Part shown: one piece after another, positions 8,936 through 19,085 of the stretch
Numbering within the stretch: the stretch's first letter is position 1
Layout: the number at the start of each line of letters is the position of its first letter
NCBI GenBank assembly: GCA_964461785.1
Contig: CAYWWE010000002.1
Span: forward strand, 3,609 to 67,608
DNA length: 64,000 bases
Reading direction: 5' to 3'
Source: an uncultured Bacteroides sp.
GTDB lineage: Bacteria; Bacteroidota; Bacteroidia; Bacteroidales; Muribaculaceae
Translations under genes and position numbers: made by a program
The notes under the pieces: generated by a model
What the model was told of the DNA's origin: nothing
Database searches by the model: none
Seen by the model: the letters and a program-made list of their open reading frames with translations, nothing else

Positions 8936-11900
8936 TCAATATTCATCCCACGCCTTGATCTCTATGTCGCTTTCCTTTAGGGTGGTGAAGGCATTGATGA
9001 AAGCCGATGCGAGACGCGCGTTGGTCAGCAAGGGTATGTTGAGATCAATGGATGCACGGCGGATCTTACGGCCGTTTGAGAGTTCGACCGGCGTAAGGTT
9101 CTTGGGCACGTTGACCACCAGGTCGATCTCGTGATCGTGGAGCAGCTGGAGAGCCTGGGGCTGCATATCGGGCTGCGACGGCCAGTAGACATGGATTGCC
9201 GGGATTCCGTTATCGTTGAGGAAGCGGTGGGTACCTCCTGTGGCGTAGATGCGGTAACCGGCATTGTGGAGCTTGTGGGCCGACTCGAGGAGATCGGCTT
9301 TCTGCTTGGGTGTGCCGGTCGACATCAGTATGCCCTTATCCTTCGATGGAACGCGCATTCCGACCGAGAGCATCGCTTTGAGGAGCGCCTCGGAGGTTGA
9401 ATCGCCGATACATCCTACCTCGCCTGTAGAGCTCATGTCCACTCCCAGTACCGGATCGGCTCCCTGAAGTCGAGAGAAGCTGAATTGCGAGGCCTTGATG
9501 CCTACATAGTCGAGATCGAAGGCATTCTTGGCAGGCTGCTCCACGGGCAATCCGAGCATAACCTTGGTGGCAAGGTCGATAAAGTTGATCTTCAGCACCT
9601 TGCTCACGAACGGGAACGAACGCGATGCGCGCAGGTTACATTCAATTACCTTGATGTCGTTGTTCTTGGCCAGGAACTGGATGTTGAACGGACCCGAGAT
9701 GTTGAGCGCTTTGGCAATCTGTGACGAAACCTTTTTGATGCGCCTCATGGTCTCGACATAGAGTTTCTGAGGCGGGAACTGGATGGTGGCATCGCCGGAA
9801 TGGACGCCGGCAAACTCTATATGCTCCGAGATGGCGTAGACCTTGATCTCGCCTTCCTGAGCCACGGCATCCATCTCTATCTCTTTGGCAAACTGGATAA
9901 ACTCGCTCACTACCACGGGGTGATCCTGCGATACTTTGGCGGCAAGCCTGAGGAAGCGTTCGAGCTCCTCCGGATTGGAGCATACATTCATCGCAGCTCC
10001 CGAAAGGACGTAGGACGGGCGCACGAGCACCGGGAAGCCTACTTCATCAATAAAGCTGTTGATATCGGCAAGGCTTGTCAGCTCACGCCATCTGGGTTGG
10101 TCGATTCCGAGACGGTCGAGCATGGCCGAAAATTTGTTACGGTCTTCGGCGTTGTCGATCGATCGGGCTCCGGTTCCGAGGATATTCACTCCGGCTGCAT
10201 CCAGACTCGTTGCGAGATTGTTCGGGATCTGACCGCCCACCGAGAGTATCACGCCATGGGGCTGCTCAAGATCGAGGATGTCCATCACTCTCTCGTATGT
10301 GAGCTCGTCGAAATAAAGGCGGTCACACATATCGTAGTCGGTCGAGACGGTCTCCGGGTTGTAGTTAATCATCACGGAGCGCCATCCTTCTTTCTTGACG
10401 GTGAGAAGGGCATTGACCGAACACCAGTCAAATTCAACTGATGATCCTATACGGTAGGCTCCCGATCCGAGCACTACAATAGAGCGATGGTCATGGAGAT
10501 AGTCTACATCGTTGGTCGAGCCGTTGTAGGTGAGATAGAGGTAGTTGGTCTGGGCGGGATATTCGGCTGCGAGGGTGTCGATCTGCTTCACTACGGGAGT
10601 GATGCCCAGACTCTTGCGGAGTGCCCGGACATCGGCCATCGAGTTGCGGGTTGCCTTGTCGCCCAACACTGCCCTTGAAATCTGGAAGTCGCTGAATCCT
10701 TGCTCTTTTGCCTGGCGCAGAAGCTCGACCGGCAGCTGAGCGAGCGATTCGTTTTCAGCCAGCTCGCGCTGAGTGTCTATGATATTTTGCAGGCGGTAGA
10801 GAAACCACTTGTCTATCTTTGTGAGATCGTGGATCCGGTCTACGGAATATCCCTCCGACATGGCCTGGGAGATAACGAAGATACGCTTGTCGGTAGGATC
10901 GGCAAGTGCCTTGTCTATTCCGTCGGGGACGGGAACGGGTCGGTTGCCGACAAACCCGTGCATACCCTGGCCGATCATGCGGAGGCCTTTCTGGATCACT
11001 TCCTCGAAAGTGCGGCCTATGGCCATCACTTCACCCACGGATTTCATCGACGAGCCTATCTCGCGGCGGACTCCATGAAACTTGCCGAGATCCCAGCGGG
11101 GTATCTTGCAGACAATGTAGTCGAGAGCCGGTTCAAAGAAGGCGGAAGTGTCTTTGGTGACGGAGTTGGAGAGCTCGAACAGACCGTAGCCGAGGCCAAG
11201 TTTGGCAGCCACGAACGCAAGGGGATAACCGGTTGCTTTCGACGCAAGAGCCGACGAGCGCGAGAGGCGTGCGTTTACCTCGATGACACGGTAGTCCATG
11301 GATGCGGGATCGAAAGCATACTGCACGTTACACTCGCCAACGATACCGATATGACGGATGATCTTTATAGCCAGTTTGCGAAGATAGTGATAGTCTTCGT
11401 TTGTAAGGGTCTGCGATGGTGCCACAACGATGCTCTCGCCGGTGTGGATGCCGAGAGGATCGAAGTTTTCCATGTTGCAGACGGTTATACAGTTGTCGAA
11501 TCGGTCGCGGACAACCTCATATTCGACCTCTTTCCATCCCTTGAGGCTCTTCTCGATAAGCACCTGGGGAGCGAAAGCGAGGGCTTTCTCAGTGAGCGAG
11601 GTAAGTTCCTCCTCATTGTCGCAGAAGCCTGATCCGAGACCTCCGAGAGCGTAGGCGGCGCGGACAATCACCGGGTAGCCGAGCTCGGCGGCTGCCTTGA
11701 TCGCATCAGGCACCGAGTCGACAGCCTGGCTCTTGATGGTCCGGACGTCGATCTCATCGAGTTTGCGGACAAACAGCTCGCGGTCTTCCGTGTCCATGAT
11801 TGCCTGGACCGGAGTGCCGAGGACTTTCACTCCATATTTCTCAAGGATGCCCGAGCGATAGAGCTCCACGCCGCAGTTGAGGGCGGTCTGGCCGCCGAAT

Positions 11901-12175
11901 GCGAGCAGAATACCGTCGGGGCGTTCTTTTTCGATCACTTTCTCCACAAACACGGGGGTGACAGGGAGGAAGTATATCTTGTCGGCAAAGCCGTCGGAGG
12001 TCTGGACAGTGGCGATGTTAGGATTGATCAGGACTGTCTCGATTCCTTCCTCCTTCATTGCTTTGAGAGCCTGTGATCCGGAGTAGTCAAACTCTCCGGC
12101 CTCGCCTATCTTGAGGGCGCCGCTGCCAAGAAGAAGGACTTTCTTAATATTAGGGTCGATATTGGGAGATTTCAT
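8936..12175 (-). CDS. carB: Carbamoyl-phosphate synthase large subunit
   Basis: GSGALKIGEAGEFDYSG, duplicated ATP-grasp halves, MGS domain. Confidence 0.99.
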   Translation of the reverse strand: MKSPNIDPNIKKVLLLGSGALKIGEAGEFDYSGSQALKAMKEEGIETVLINPNIATVQTSDGFADKIYFLPVTPVFVEKVIEKERPDGILLAFGGQTALNCGVELYRSGILEKYGVKVLGTPVQAIMDTEDRELFVRKLDEIDVRTIKSQAVDSVPDAIKAAAELGYPVIVRAAYALGGLGSGFCDNEEELTSLTEKALAFAPQVLIEKSLKGWKEVEYEVVRDRFDNCITVCNMENFDPLGIHTGESIVVAPSQTLTNEDYHYLRKLAIKIIRHIGIVGECNVQYAFDPASMDYRVIEVNARLSRSSALASKATGYPLAFVAAKLGLGYGLFELSNSVTKDTSAFFEPALDYIVCKIPRWDLGKFHGVRREIGSSMKSVGEVMAIGRTFEEVIQKGLRMIGQGMHGFVGNRPVPVPDGIDKALADPTDKRIFVISQAMSEGYSVDRIHDLTKIDKWFLYRLQNIIDTQRELAENESLAQLPVELLRQAKEQGFSDFQISRAVLGDKATRNSMADVRALRKSLGITPVVKQIDTLAAEYPAQTNYLYLTYNGSTNDVDYLHDHRSIVVLGSGAYRIGSSVEFDWCSVNALLTVKKEGWRSVMINYNPETVSTDYDMCDRLYFDELTYERVMDILDLEQPHGVILSVGGQIPNNLATSLDAAGVNILGTGARSIDNAEDRNKFSAMLDRLGIDQPRWRELTSLADINSFIDEVGFPVLVRPSYVLSGAAMNVCSNPEELERFLRLAAKVSQDHPVVVSEFIQFAKEIEMDAVAQEGEIKVYAISEHIEFAGVHSGDATIQFPPQKLYVETMRRIKKVSSQIAKALNISGPFNIQFLAKNNDIKVIECNLRASRSFPFVSKVLKINFIDLATKVMLGLPVEQPAKNAFDLDYVGIKASQFSFSRLQGADPVLGVDMSSTGEVGCIGDSTSEALLKAMLSVGMRVPSKDKGILMSTGTPKQKADLLESAHKLHNAGYRIYATGGTHRFLNDNGIPAIHVYWPSQPDMQPQALQLLHDHEIDLVVNVPKNLTPVELSNGRKIRRASIDLNIPLLTNARLASAFINAFTTLKESDIEIKAWDEY

Positions 12176-12189
12176 GGGGCGGAAAGGGG

Positions 12190-13269
12190 TCAGAGAAGTT
12201 TGATAAATTCGTCGAACAGAAATTCTGTGTCTTTTGGGCCTGAGCTTGCTTCGGGGTGGAACTGGGCCGAGAAGAAGGGTTTGGTCTTGTGACGGATGCC
12301 TTCGTTAGTGCCGTCGTTCATGTTGACGAAGAGCGGTTCCCAATCTTCGGGGAGTGAGTCGGAGTCGACGGCAAAGCCATGGTTCTGAGAGGTGACATAA
12401 CACTCGTTTGTCCCGACGCGGCGCACCGGCTGGTTGTGGCTTCGGTGGCCGTATTTGAGTTTATAGGTCTTAGCTCCGGCTGCGAGCGACAGTAGCTGAT
12501 TGCCCATGCAGATGCCGCAGATGGGTTTCCCTGTCTCCATTGCCTTGCGGATATTCTCAACGGTGGCTTGGGCCATATCCGGATTGCCGGGGCCGTTGGA
12601 GATAAAGAGGCCGTCGTAGGGAATGGTGTTGAAGTCATAGTCCCAGGGCACGAGGATGACCTTGACACCGCGACGTGTGAGGCAACGGATGATATTGTGT
12701 TTCACTCCGCAGTCAACGAGCACTACTGTTTTGTCACCTTCGCCGTGGACAGAAACCTCTTTGGTCGATACTTTGGCCACGAGGTTCTCGACATTCGGAT
12801 CATACCAGGCCACTTCGTCTTCCGTTTCCGACCCCTCAATTATAATTTTGCCAAGCATTGATCCGCGTTCGCGGAGATGCTTGGTCAACGCACGGGTATC
12901 GATACCGTAGATTCCGGGAATTTTCTCTTCCTGGAGCCACTGGGCCAGTGAGCGGGTGGCCTGCCAGTGGGAGTGGTTGTAGGAATAATCCTGAGCTATG
13001 ATGGCACGGGGATGGATCCGGTCGCTCTCGAGATACTCACTCACTCCGTCGAGCCGACGGCGGGGAGGAACACCGTAATTTCCCAGGATAGGATAGGTGG
13101 TGACGAGAATCTGTCCCTCGTAGGAGGGGTCTGTAAGGCTTTCAGGATAGCCGGTCATGGCGGTGTTGAATACCACTTCGCCGGAGGTGGAAGCCGGGTA
13201 TCCGAACGACTTCCCCTCAAACCGGGTGCCATCTTCAAGGATGAGGGTGGCGCGCTTTGGTTCTCTCAT
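12190..13269 (-). CDS. carA: Carbamoyl-phosphate synthase small subunit
   Basis: GEVVFNTAMTGY, GICMGNQ, QFHPE. Confidence 0.99.
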   Translation of the reverse strand: MREPKRATLILEDGTRFEGKSFGYPASTSGEVVFNTAMTGYPESLTDPSYEGQILVTTYPILGNYGVPPRRRLDGVSEYLESDRIHPRAIIAQDYSYNHSHWQATRSLAQWLQEEKIPGIYGIDTRALTKHLRERGSMLGKIIIEGSETEDEVAWYDPNVENLVAKVSTKEVSVHGEGDKTVVLVDCGVKHNIIRCLTRRGVKVILVPWDYDFNTIPYDGLFISNGPGNPDMAQATVENIRKAMETGKPICGICMGNQLLSLAAGAKTYKLKYGHRSHNQPVRRVGTNECYVTSQNHGFAVDSDSLPEDWEPLFVNMNDGTNEGIRHKTKPFFSAQFHPEASSGPKDTEFLFDEFIKLL

Positions 13270-13335
13270 GTGTTTGCGTTAAGCTGGAAGATATGATAGA
13301 TACGGCCTTAAGGACTATGGATCCGAAAAACCTTG

Positions 13336-13343
13336 CAAAGGTA
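13336..13343 (-). promoter_or_regulatory. -7 promoter element of carAB
   Basis: TACCTTTG on minus strand. Confidence 0.6.
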
Positions 13344-13443
13344 ATCATTTTCCGCCGGATTTTGTGTCATACTGATATAAAAAGGACAGCATCGCCGAAA
13401 AAGTGTGTTCCGGAGATGCTGCGCCAAATATTGTTATGAGATC

Positions 13444-14193
13444 TTATCGTAGGCAGTCAAAGCCCTGTCGCTTCAGTGCTTCGAGGATACGGTAGCCCAT
13501 TGCCTCGCGGTAGTAGCTCACGATGTGGTCTACCCAGTCGTTGGTTGTCTGAGATCCTGAGCGGGTCTGATTGTAGAGTGAAATCTGATCGTCGTAGGCC
13601 TGGAGCATGGGCAGCATTTCATGATCCGACGGATAGCGGTCCTGGTGGATAGCCAGTCGGAGGGGCTGCTTGGGCTTCATGTCAGGCAGCTCGCGGGGGA
13701 TGCCTATTGCCAGACCGCATACTACAAATGTAAGCTGCGGCAGCCCGAGGACTTTGCTGACTCTCTCTGGATCGGCGGTGCGGGCGTAGCCTATGCAGCA
13801 GGTTGCGAGCCCGCAGGACTCAGCTGCCGTAAGGGCGCTCATCATGGCCAAAGCGGCGTCTACCACTCCTACTATCACGCCGTCGGCGGTATGGGTGAAG
13901 TCAGGCATCTCGACTCCTTTGGCCTTTGCGGCAACGGCTATCTTGTGATAGTCAGCCAGAAAGACGAGAAAATGATTGCAGGTCTTGATCTGTTTCTGCC
14001 CTATGATCTCGTAGAGTTTTTCCTTTGTCTCCTGATCCGATACATCGATCACTGAAAATTGCTGTCCGTTGTAGCTTGTAGGAGTATTTCGTATTGCCTG
14101 ATAGATGAATTCCATGGTGGAATCGTCGATGGCCTGACGCTCGTAGCGGCGGATCGAGCGGCGTTCGAGCAGTGTTGACTTAACTGTTTTCAT
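13444..14193 (-). CDS. Nitroreductase, NfsA/FRP-like
   Basis: RRSIRRY, TPTSYNGQQFSVI, KPKQP. Confidence 0.9.
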   Translation of the reverse strand: MKTVKSTLLERRSIRRYERQAIDDSTMEFIYQAIRNTPTSYNGQQFSVIDVSDQETKEKLYEIIGQKQIKTCNHFLVFLADYHKIAVAAKAKGVEMPDFTHTADGVIVGVVDAALAMMSALTAAESCGLATCCIGYARTADPERVSKVLGLPQLTFVVCGLAIGIPRELPDMKPKQPLRLAIHQDRYPSDHEMLPMLQAYDDQISLYNQTRSGSQTTNDWVDHIVSYYREAMGYRILEALKRQGFDCLR

Positions 14194-14275
14194 TGGAGGG
14201 GGGATGTAAAGTGTCCGGACCTTTTCCGGCTACTTATCTAACAATCATCCCGCTCCTAATGTTTGTAGGCCGCGG

Positions 14276-15427
14276 CTATCGGTAGGCATGGATCGACGGC
14301 AGATAGCGTACTCCTATATATGTCATGACAATACAGAGGAACGAACACACCAGGAATACGGCAAGCCGGCGCGGAGTCATCCTGAAATGCAGCGGAATGA
14401 CATATACCATCAGGGTGATCAGTGCCCATGTTTCTTTCGGATCCCAGGCCCAGTATCGTCCCCATGCTTCTCCGGCCCAGACTGATCCGGTTGCTATCCC
14501 CGCAGAGAGCAGACATAAAGCGGGATAAAGAATGATAAGGCTCAATGCCGAATATTTTTCTGTCGGATGTGAGATGGAGGCAACGGAGAGGATAAAAGTG
14601 ATGCAAAGCAGGAAATAGGAGGTGAATATCAGACCGAAATGAATGACGAGCCAGTGGGAGGACAGGATCGGCCTTACGGGTGCACCTGAGCCGTAAGGAG
14701 AGATAAACCAGAAAATTGCGGTTGCAATGAGACAGACCGACATTATCAGCCCGGCACTTTTGTGACGGTGGCCAAGCAATTGCCGGAACTGTCCGCGGGG
14801 ATTGATGATGACAATAAGGAAGCCGGTGATCAACATCACGAAAGCTATGTAACAAATCGTCATTCCTCCGGCTGGATCATGGTTTACGGTGATGAGCGTG
14901 GCGCCCGTCCCATCGTATGATGCCTGATAAAAGCGGTATGAGCCGATTGTCAGTGGACGGTTTGCGCCGATAGTCTCGTGCTCTCCGTTTGCCAGGGTTA
15001 TGTGGCTAATATAGTCGGAGGGGAGGTCAGACGAGGCGTGTGTCTTGACTACGAAGGAGTCGAGCGACATTGAGACAGGCAATCGTCGCGGAGCCCCATC
15101 GGCATCGTCAATCCATGACCCGATGCTCACGCCCCCGGGTGGCAGCAACAGCTTGCCGGATTCTCCCCGGCAGGCCGTCAACAATCCTCCCGCGATGAGC
15201 AGGATAAAAGCGGTATGAATAAACAATGACCCGACGTTGCGCCACATCCTCGTTTTTATAATGGCTCCGGCTAACCCGGCTGCCATAAGGATCCAAACAG
15301 CCTTGAACCATGTGGACGAATAACTGAATGTGGCAGTGAAAAAGGTTGAGAAGGCGAGAAGCGTAATTACGGCCAACCATGCTGTCAGCCCTAATGTACG
15401 GATCCTTTTGCTTTCAGAACGGGGCAT
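14276..15427 (-). CDS. ccsA: Cytochrome c biogenesis protein, compact CcsB-CcsA fusion
   Basis: FIHTAF (ResB-like His), [17 protein letters not shown] domain [14 protein letters not shown]-terminal SIHAY. Confidence 0.88.
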   Translation of the reverse strand: MPRSESKRIRTLGLTAWLAVITLLAFSTFFTATFSYSSTWFKAVWILMAAGLAGAIIKTRMWRNVGSLFIHTAFILLIAGGLLTACRGESGKLLLPPGGVSIGSWIDDADGAPRRLPVSMSLDSFVVKTHASSDLPSDYISHITLANGEHETIGANRPLTIGSYRFYQASYDGTGATLITVNHDPAGGMTICYIAFVMLITGFLIVIINPRGQFRQLLGHRHKSAGLIMSVCLIATAIFWFISPYGSGAPVRPILSSHWLVIHFGLIFTSYFLLCITFILSVASISHPTEKYSALSLIILYPALCLLSAGIATGSVWAGEAWGRYWAWDPKETWALITLMVYVIPLHFRMTPRRLAVFLVCSFLCIVMTYIGVRYLPSIHAYR

Positions 15428-16583
15428 AGCAAGGCATTGACGTAGGGACTATGGCCATACACTCCATCTCTATGAGCCATCCGGGACGGCACACCGGAGC
15501 CTCGACAATGATCCGCGGTGCTGAACAAGCCTCGGGAAATTGCTGCTCCATAAGGCGGTCGACAGCAGGGCGGTGGGCCGGATCGCGGAGATAGATGATT
15601 ATGTAGGCTACATCCGACCACGTTGCTTTACCGTTGCGGAGGAGGGCATTGACATTCTCGATCATGCGTCGGGTCTGGCCGCATATATCGCCGGGTGACA
15701 CGATTCTTCCTTCGTAGTCGATAGACGCTGTGCCTGAAATGATCAGGTGGCGGCGGTCGGCATAGTCGATAGCAGTGGCTCGCTCGAACGCTACACCGTA
15801 TTCATGAGTGGGATTGAGGTAGTCGGGAGCCTTGATATAGGTAATCTGATCATCGACCAGCCCTGACACCGCCCATGCATCCATATTGACCGTCACTTCC
15901 GGGTTTCCGGGATTGCCTTCGATTCCGGTCGATGCGATGAAATGTGTGTCGGGAGTGAGGCCGAGGTCAGCAAACACTTCGTTGCGGCCCGTTACCATCC
16001 CTTTGTAGAAGTAGTCGATGTCGCGGACAAAAAACCATGTGCGGACGCATCCGGAGGCGAGCGAAGATTGTCGGCCGGTCAGGAGCCGGTTATAGTCCCT
16101 CAGCAAAGCAGTAGTAGCTTTGTGGGAGTCAAGGCCGCTGATAGATGCGGAGCCGGTAAAGATATGGCTACGACCTCTACGGCTTGCGGCGACCGAATAA
16201 TCATCGATCCGCTCAACCTTGTCGGTTGCCATGAAATAGAGCCAAAGAGCACAGTGGGTGTAGTTGAGCGGCGCCTGACCGATAACTGATGTAGCGACAG
16301 GCCCGCACGTCAGCCCGGGAAGAAGGGGAGCGAGATTGGCGGCATCTGAAAGAAGCCAGCGCGCCATTATGGGGCGGAGGCCAGCCGGCTCAAGCTCCGT
16401 AATGAGTGAGTCGGCAGCGCGGGCGATACGGCCTATCTGCGCTTCAGGCTGCTCGCCCGAATCCTGGTCGGGGAGGGATATTATGGCGTGAACCTCAGAG
16501 GCTTTGGTGCCATCGGCTGCAAAACGACTGATGGCGACCCGTGCGCCAGATCCTGCGTAATTGCTTGAAAGGATATATTCCAT
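15414..16583 (-). CDS. Rid/YjgF-fold protein of FkbO/Hyg5-like type
   Basis: [40 protein letters not shown]; start moved to ATG 16583, just after the maf stop. Confidence 0.75.
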   Translation of the reverse strand: MEYILSSNYAGSGARVAISRFAADGTKASEVHAIISLPDQDSGEQPEAQIGRIARAADSLITELEPAGLRPIMARWLLSDAANLAPLLPGLTCGPVATSVIGQAPLNYTHCALWLYFMATDKVERIDDYSVAASRRGRSHIFTGSASISGLDSHKATTALLRDYNRLLTGRQSSLASGCVRTWFFVRDIDYFYKGMVTGRNEVFADLGLTPDTHFIASTGIEGNPGNPEVTVNMDAWAVSGLVDDQITYIKAPDYLNPTHEYGVAFERATAIDYADRRHLIISGTASIDYEGRIVSPGDICGQTRRMIENVNALLRNGKATWSDVAYIIIYLRDPAHRPAVDRLMEQQFPEACSAPRIIVEAPVCRPGWLIEMECMAIVPTSMPCYAPF

Positions 16584-16590
16584 GCTTGGC

Positions 16591-17181
16591 TCAGAATGAA
16601 TCGCGCAAGAGGGTATAGAGCCGGTGGATGGGGAGGCCCATGACATTGTAGAAACTGCCGTCGATGCGCGCCACGGCAGCTGCGCCGATCCATTCCTGAA
16701 TTCCGTAAGCTCCTGCCTTGTCAAACGGCTTGAAGCGGTCGATATAAAAGCTGATTTCCTCATCCGATAGAGGGGCGAATGTTACTTCGGTCGAGCAGGT
16801 GACCATCTCGCGTCGCTCCGGTGTGGCAACAACCACTCCTGTGACAACCGTATGGGGGGCACCGGCAAGACGGCGCAACATGAGGCGCGCGTCGGATGAG
16901 CCGCGGGGTTTGCCGAGCACCATCCCGTCGGGTGCGACAACAACAGTGTCGGCCGTTATGATCATCTGATTGTCGGTCGGAGTATAGGCTTTGCTCTTGA
17001 GCATGGCGAGATAGGGTGCCACTTCGGTCGACGGAAGATCGGTAGGGTAGCTCTCTTCGATGTCGAGCGGCGGAGCGATGGTGAACGGGAGCTCAAGCAT
17101 GGAGAGCAACTCGCGTCGGCGCGGCGAAGCACTCGCGAGCATTATGTCATATTTTTCGAGATGCGACAGCGGATTATTCAT
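16591..17181 (-). CDS. maf: Maf family nucleoside-triphosphate pyrophosphatase
   Basis: LASASPRRRELL, ITADTVV, DKAGAYGIQ, NVMGLP. Confidence 0.97.
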   Translation of the reverse strand: MNNPLSHLEKYDIMLASASPRRRELLSMLELPFTIAPPLDIEESYPTDLPSTEVAPYLAMLKSKAYTPTDNQMIITADTVVVAPDGMVLGKPRGSSDARLMLRRLAGAPHTVVTGVVVATPERREMVTCSTEVTFAPLSDEEISFYIDRFKPFDKAGAYGIQEWIGAAAVARIDGSFYNVMGLPIHRLYTLLRDSF

Positions 17182-17206
17182 AGCGAGAATTGTATTAAAC
17201 ATTAGA

Positions 17207-17731
17207 TTACCAGCCGAAGGCCTTGGCATCGGTCAGCCACAGTCCTTTGGCGCGAAGAATCTGCTCGAGAATATCGCGCCCCACTCCATAGCCCCCCGTG
17301 ACGGGTGATATGTAGCGCGCCACTGCTTTTACGTCGGAACAGGCATCGGCCGGACAAGCCGGGAGACCAACCTCGCACATTGCCTTAATATCAGGCACAT
17401 CGTCGCCAACGTATGCAACTTCGGAGGGCTGGAGCCCGTTGGCTGCCATCCACTGATGGAGGATGGGCACCTTATGGGCTACCTTGGTGAAGACATCGGT
17501 TATGCCGAGCCCGCGATAGCGGACTTCAACCGCCTTTGAGTCTGCACCGGTGATTATTGCTATCTTGAGCCCGAGTTTCACGGCGAGCTGCAGGGCGAAT
17601 CCGTCGCGGACATTGACCATGCGCAGTGGGGTTCCGTCGGCAGCCATAGGGATTGTGGCAGGTGACAGAACGCCGTCGATGTCAAACGCGATGCCGCGCA
17701 GTTGTGTCAGATCGTAGTCAATCTTGCTCAT
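17207..17731 (-). CDS. kdsC: KDO 8-phosphate phosphatase (HAD)
   Basis: FDIDGVL, RDGFA, AIITG, YVGDDVPD, GGYGVGRD. Confidence 0.9.
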   Translation of the reverse strand: MSKIDYDLTQLRGIAFDIDGVLSPATIPMAADGTPLRMVNVRDGFALQLAVKLGLKIAIITGADSKAVEVRYRGLGITDVFTKVAHKVPILHQWMAANGLQPSEVAYVGDDVPDIKAMCEVGLPACPADACSDVKAVARYISPVTGGYGVGRDILEQILRAKGLWLTDAKAFGW

Positions 17732-18506
17732 AAGCGTTTGCGATAGAGGTTGAGAGAAGTCGGTATATTTCCCGGGTAAGCGGGGTGAGCATGGCCTCAT
17801 GGGCTTTCATCACACCATCGGCTCCGCGGCGGGCGGGGCCTGTCTGGCCGGCGTACGGACCGATTGATTTGGCCTTGCGCAGGGTCTCGTCAATTAGAGG
17901 CATGAAGTCGTCGATGGTAGCTCCGGCTTCCCGGGCTATTCCGTCGGCTATGCTCCAGAGATGGTTGGTGAAATTGCAGGCGAAGACGGCCGCACAATGA
18001 AGCCTTCGACGGGCATTGCTGTCGGCCTCCCTCACGTTGGAGGATACTGATAGTGCTATCTCCCTGAGCGTTTCGAGCAGGGCCGGAGAGGACGCTTCGA
18101 TGAATAGAGGCGCTCCGGAGAGATCAACAGGCACTCCGCGGGTAAAGGTCTGCATCGGGTAGACTACGCCATAATTTTCTGAGGCAGATGCAAGAACCGA
18201 TGCATCCACGCTGCCTGAGGTATGGATCCATACGGCTCCGGAGCCTGGGCAGGCGGAAGCGATGGGTGCTATTGCATCGTCAGAAGCAGCCACGATGACA
18301 AGATCGACATCCTTGTCGGCACCGTAAGGATTGCATGATGCCTCAACATTGGAGCCGATTGTCGAAGCCAATGCCTGAGCGCTCTCTTTAGAGCGGGCTA
18401 TCACGCGACAGATCTTGACCATGCCCCCTTTTTCGAGGGCCGGGGCCAGACCCCATGCCACATTTCCTGCTCCTACGATGGTCGCTCTGATCGGGCAGTC
18501 CATCAT
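17718..18506 (-). CDS. Rossmann-like and DUF2520 domain protein
   Basis: GAGNVA, HTSGS, YPMQTF, LHCAAVFACNFTNH, QTGPARRG. Confidence 0.9.
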   Translation of the reverse strand: MMDCPIRATIVGAGNVAWGLAPALEKGGMVKICRVIARSKESAQALASTIGSNVEASCNPYGADKDVDLVIVAASDDAIAPIASACPGSGAVWIHTSGSVDASVLASASENYGVVYPMQTFTRGVPVDLSGAPLFIEASSPALLETLREIALSVSSNVREADSNARRRLHCAAVFACNFTNHLWSIADGIAREAGATIDDFMPLIDETLRKAKSIGPYAGQTGPARRGADGVMKAHEAMLTPLTREIYRLLSTSIANAYEQD

Positions 18507-19048
18507 TCAGCCTGATCCGGATGCCATCCGCCGAGGTGCACGCTCTCCCAGGTCAGTTTCTCAAGATTCTGAGGCTTGCGTTGCTCGGCCGGATGGCCTA
18601 TAGTGATGATACATAGCACAGGGAGTGTTTCGGGCATACCGAGGAGTGAGGTCACGAACTCATCCGACGGCGTACCGTCGGCTGTCTGACGGCCATGGAT
18701 CTGGACCCAGCAGGTGCCGAGACCGAGATCGGCAGCCTGAAGCTGCATATAGGTTGCGGCGATCGAGGCATCTTCAATCCAGGGATCAGACTGCATCGGG
18801 TCGGCGGTCACAACTATTGCCAGAGGGCAGCTTTGAAGCGAGACGGCTCCTGCCGGTTTGCAGTCGGCGAGTCGCGCAAGAATATCGGGGCTGTCGATGC
18901 ACACGAACTTCCAGCTGCGGGTGCTCTTTGATGTAGGGGCCATCAGGGCTGCCTCGAGAATGAGGCGGACATCGTCGGAATCGACAGGTTCAGACGTGTA
19001 ACGACGTATGCTGCGGCGCTCTGTTATGAGGTCGTGGAAACTTTTCAT
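18503..19048 (-). CDS. Nitroreductase family protein
   Basis: RRSIRRY, APTSK, LGLGTCWVQI; start moved to ATG 19048. Confidence 0.9.
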   Translation of the reverse strand: MKSFHDLITERRSIRRYTSEPVDSDDVRLILEAALMAPTSKSTRSWKFVCIDSPDILARLADCKPAGAVSLQSCPLAIVVTADPMQSDPWIEDASIAATYMQLQAADLGLGTCWVQIHGRQTADGTPSDEFVTSLLGMPETLPVLCIITIGHPAEQRKPQNLEKLTWESVHLGGWHPDQAE

Positions 19049-19085
19049 GCTCGGATGATTAACTTGTGAAGGGGAATAAAAAGGA

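Noticed and set aside
16591-16763. Apparent 170-nt overlap of maf with the Rid-like ORF; similar long overlaps at 17207, 18503-19186 and 43735
   Set aside because: Artefacts of longest-ORF start choice; downstream ATGs give normal operon spacing.
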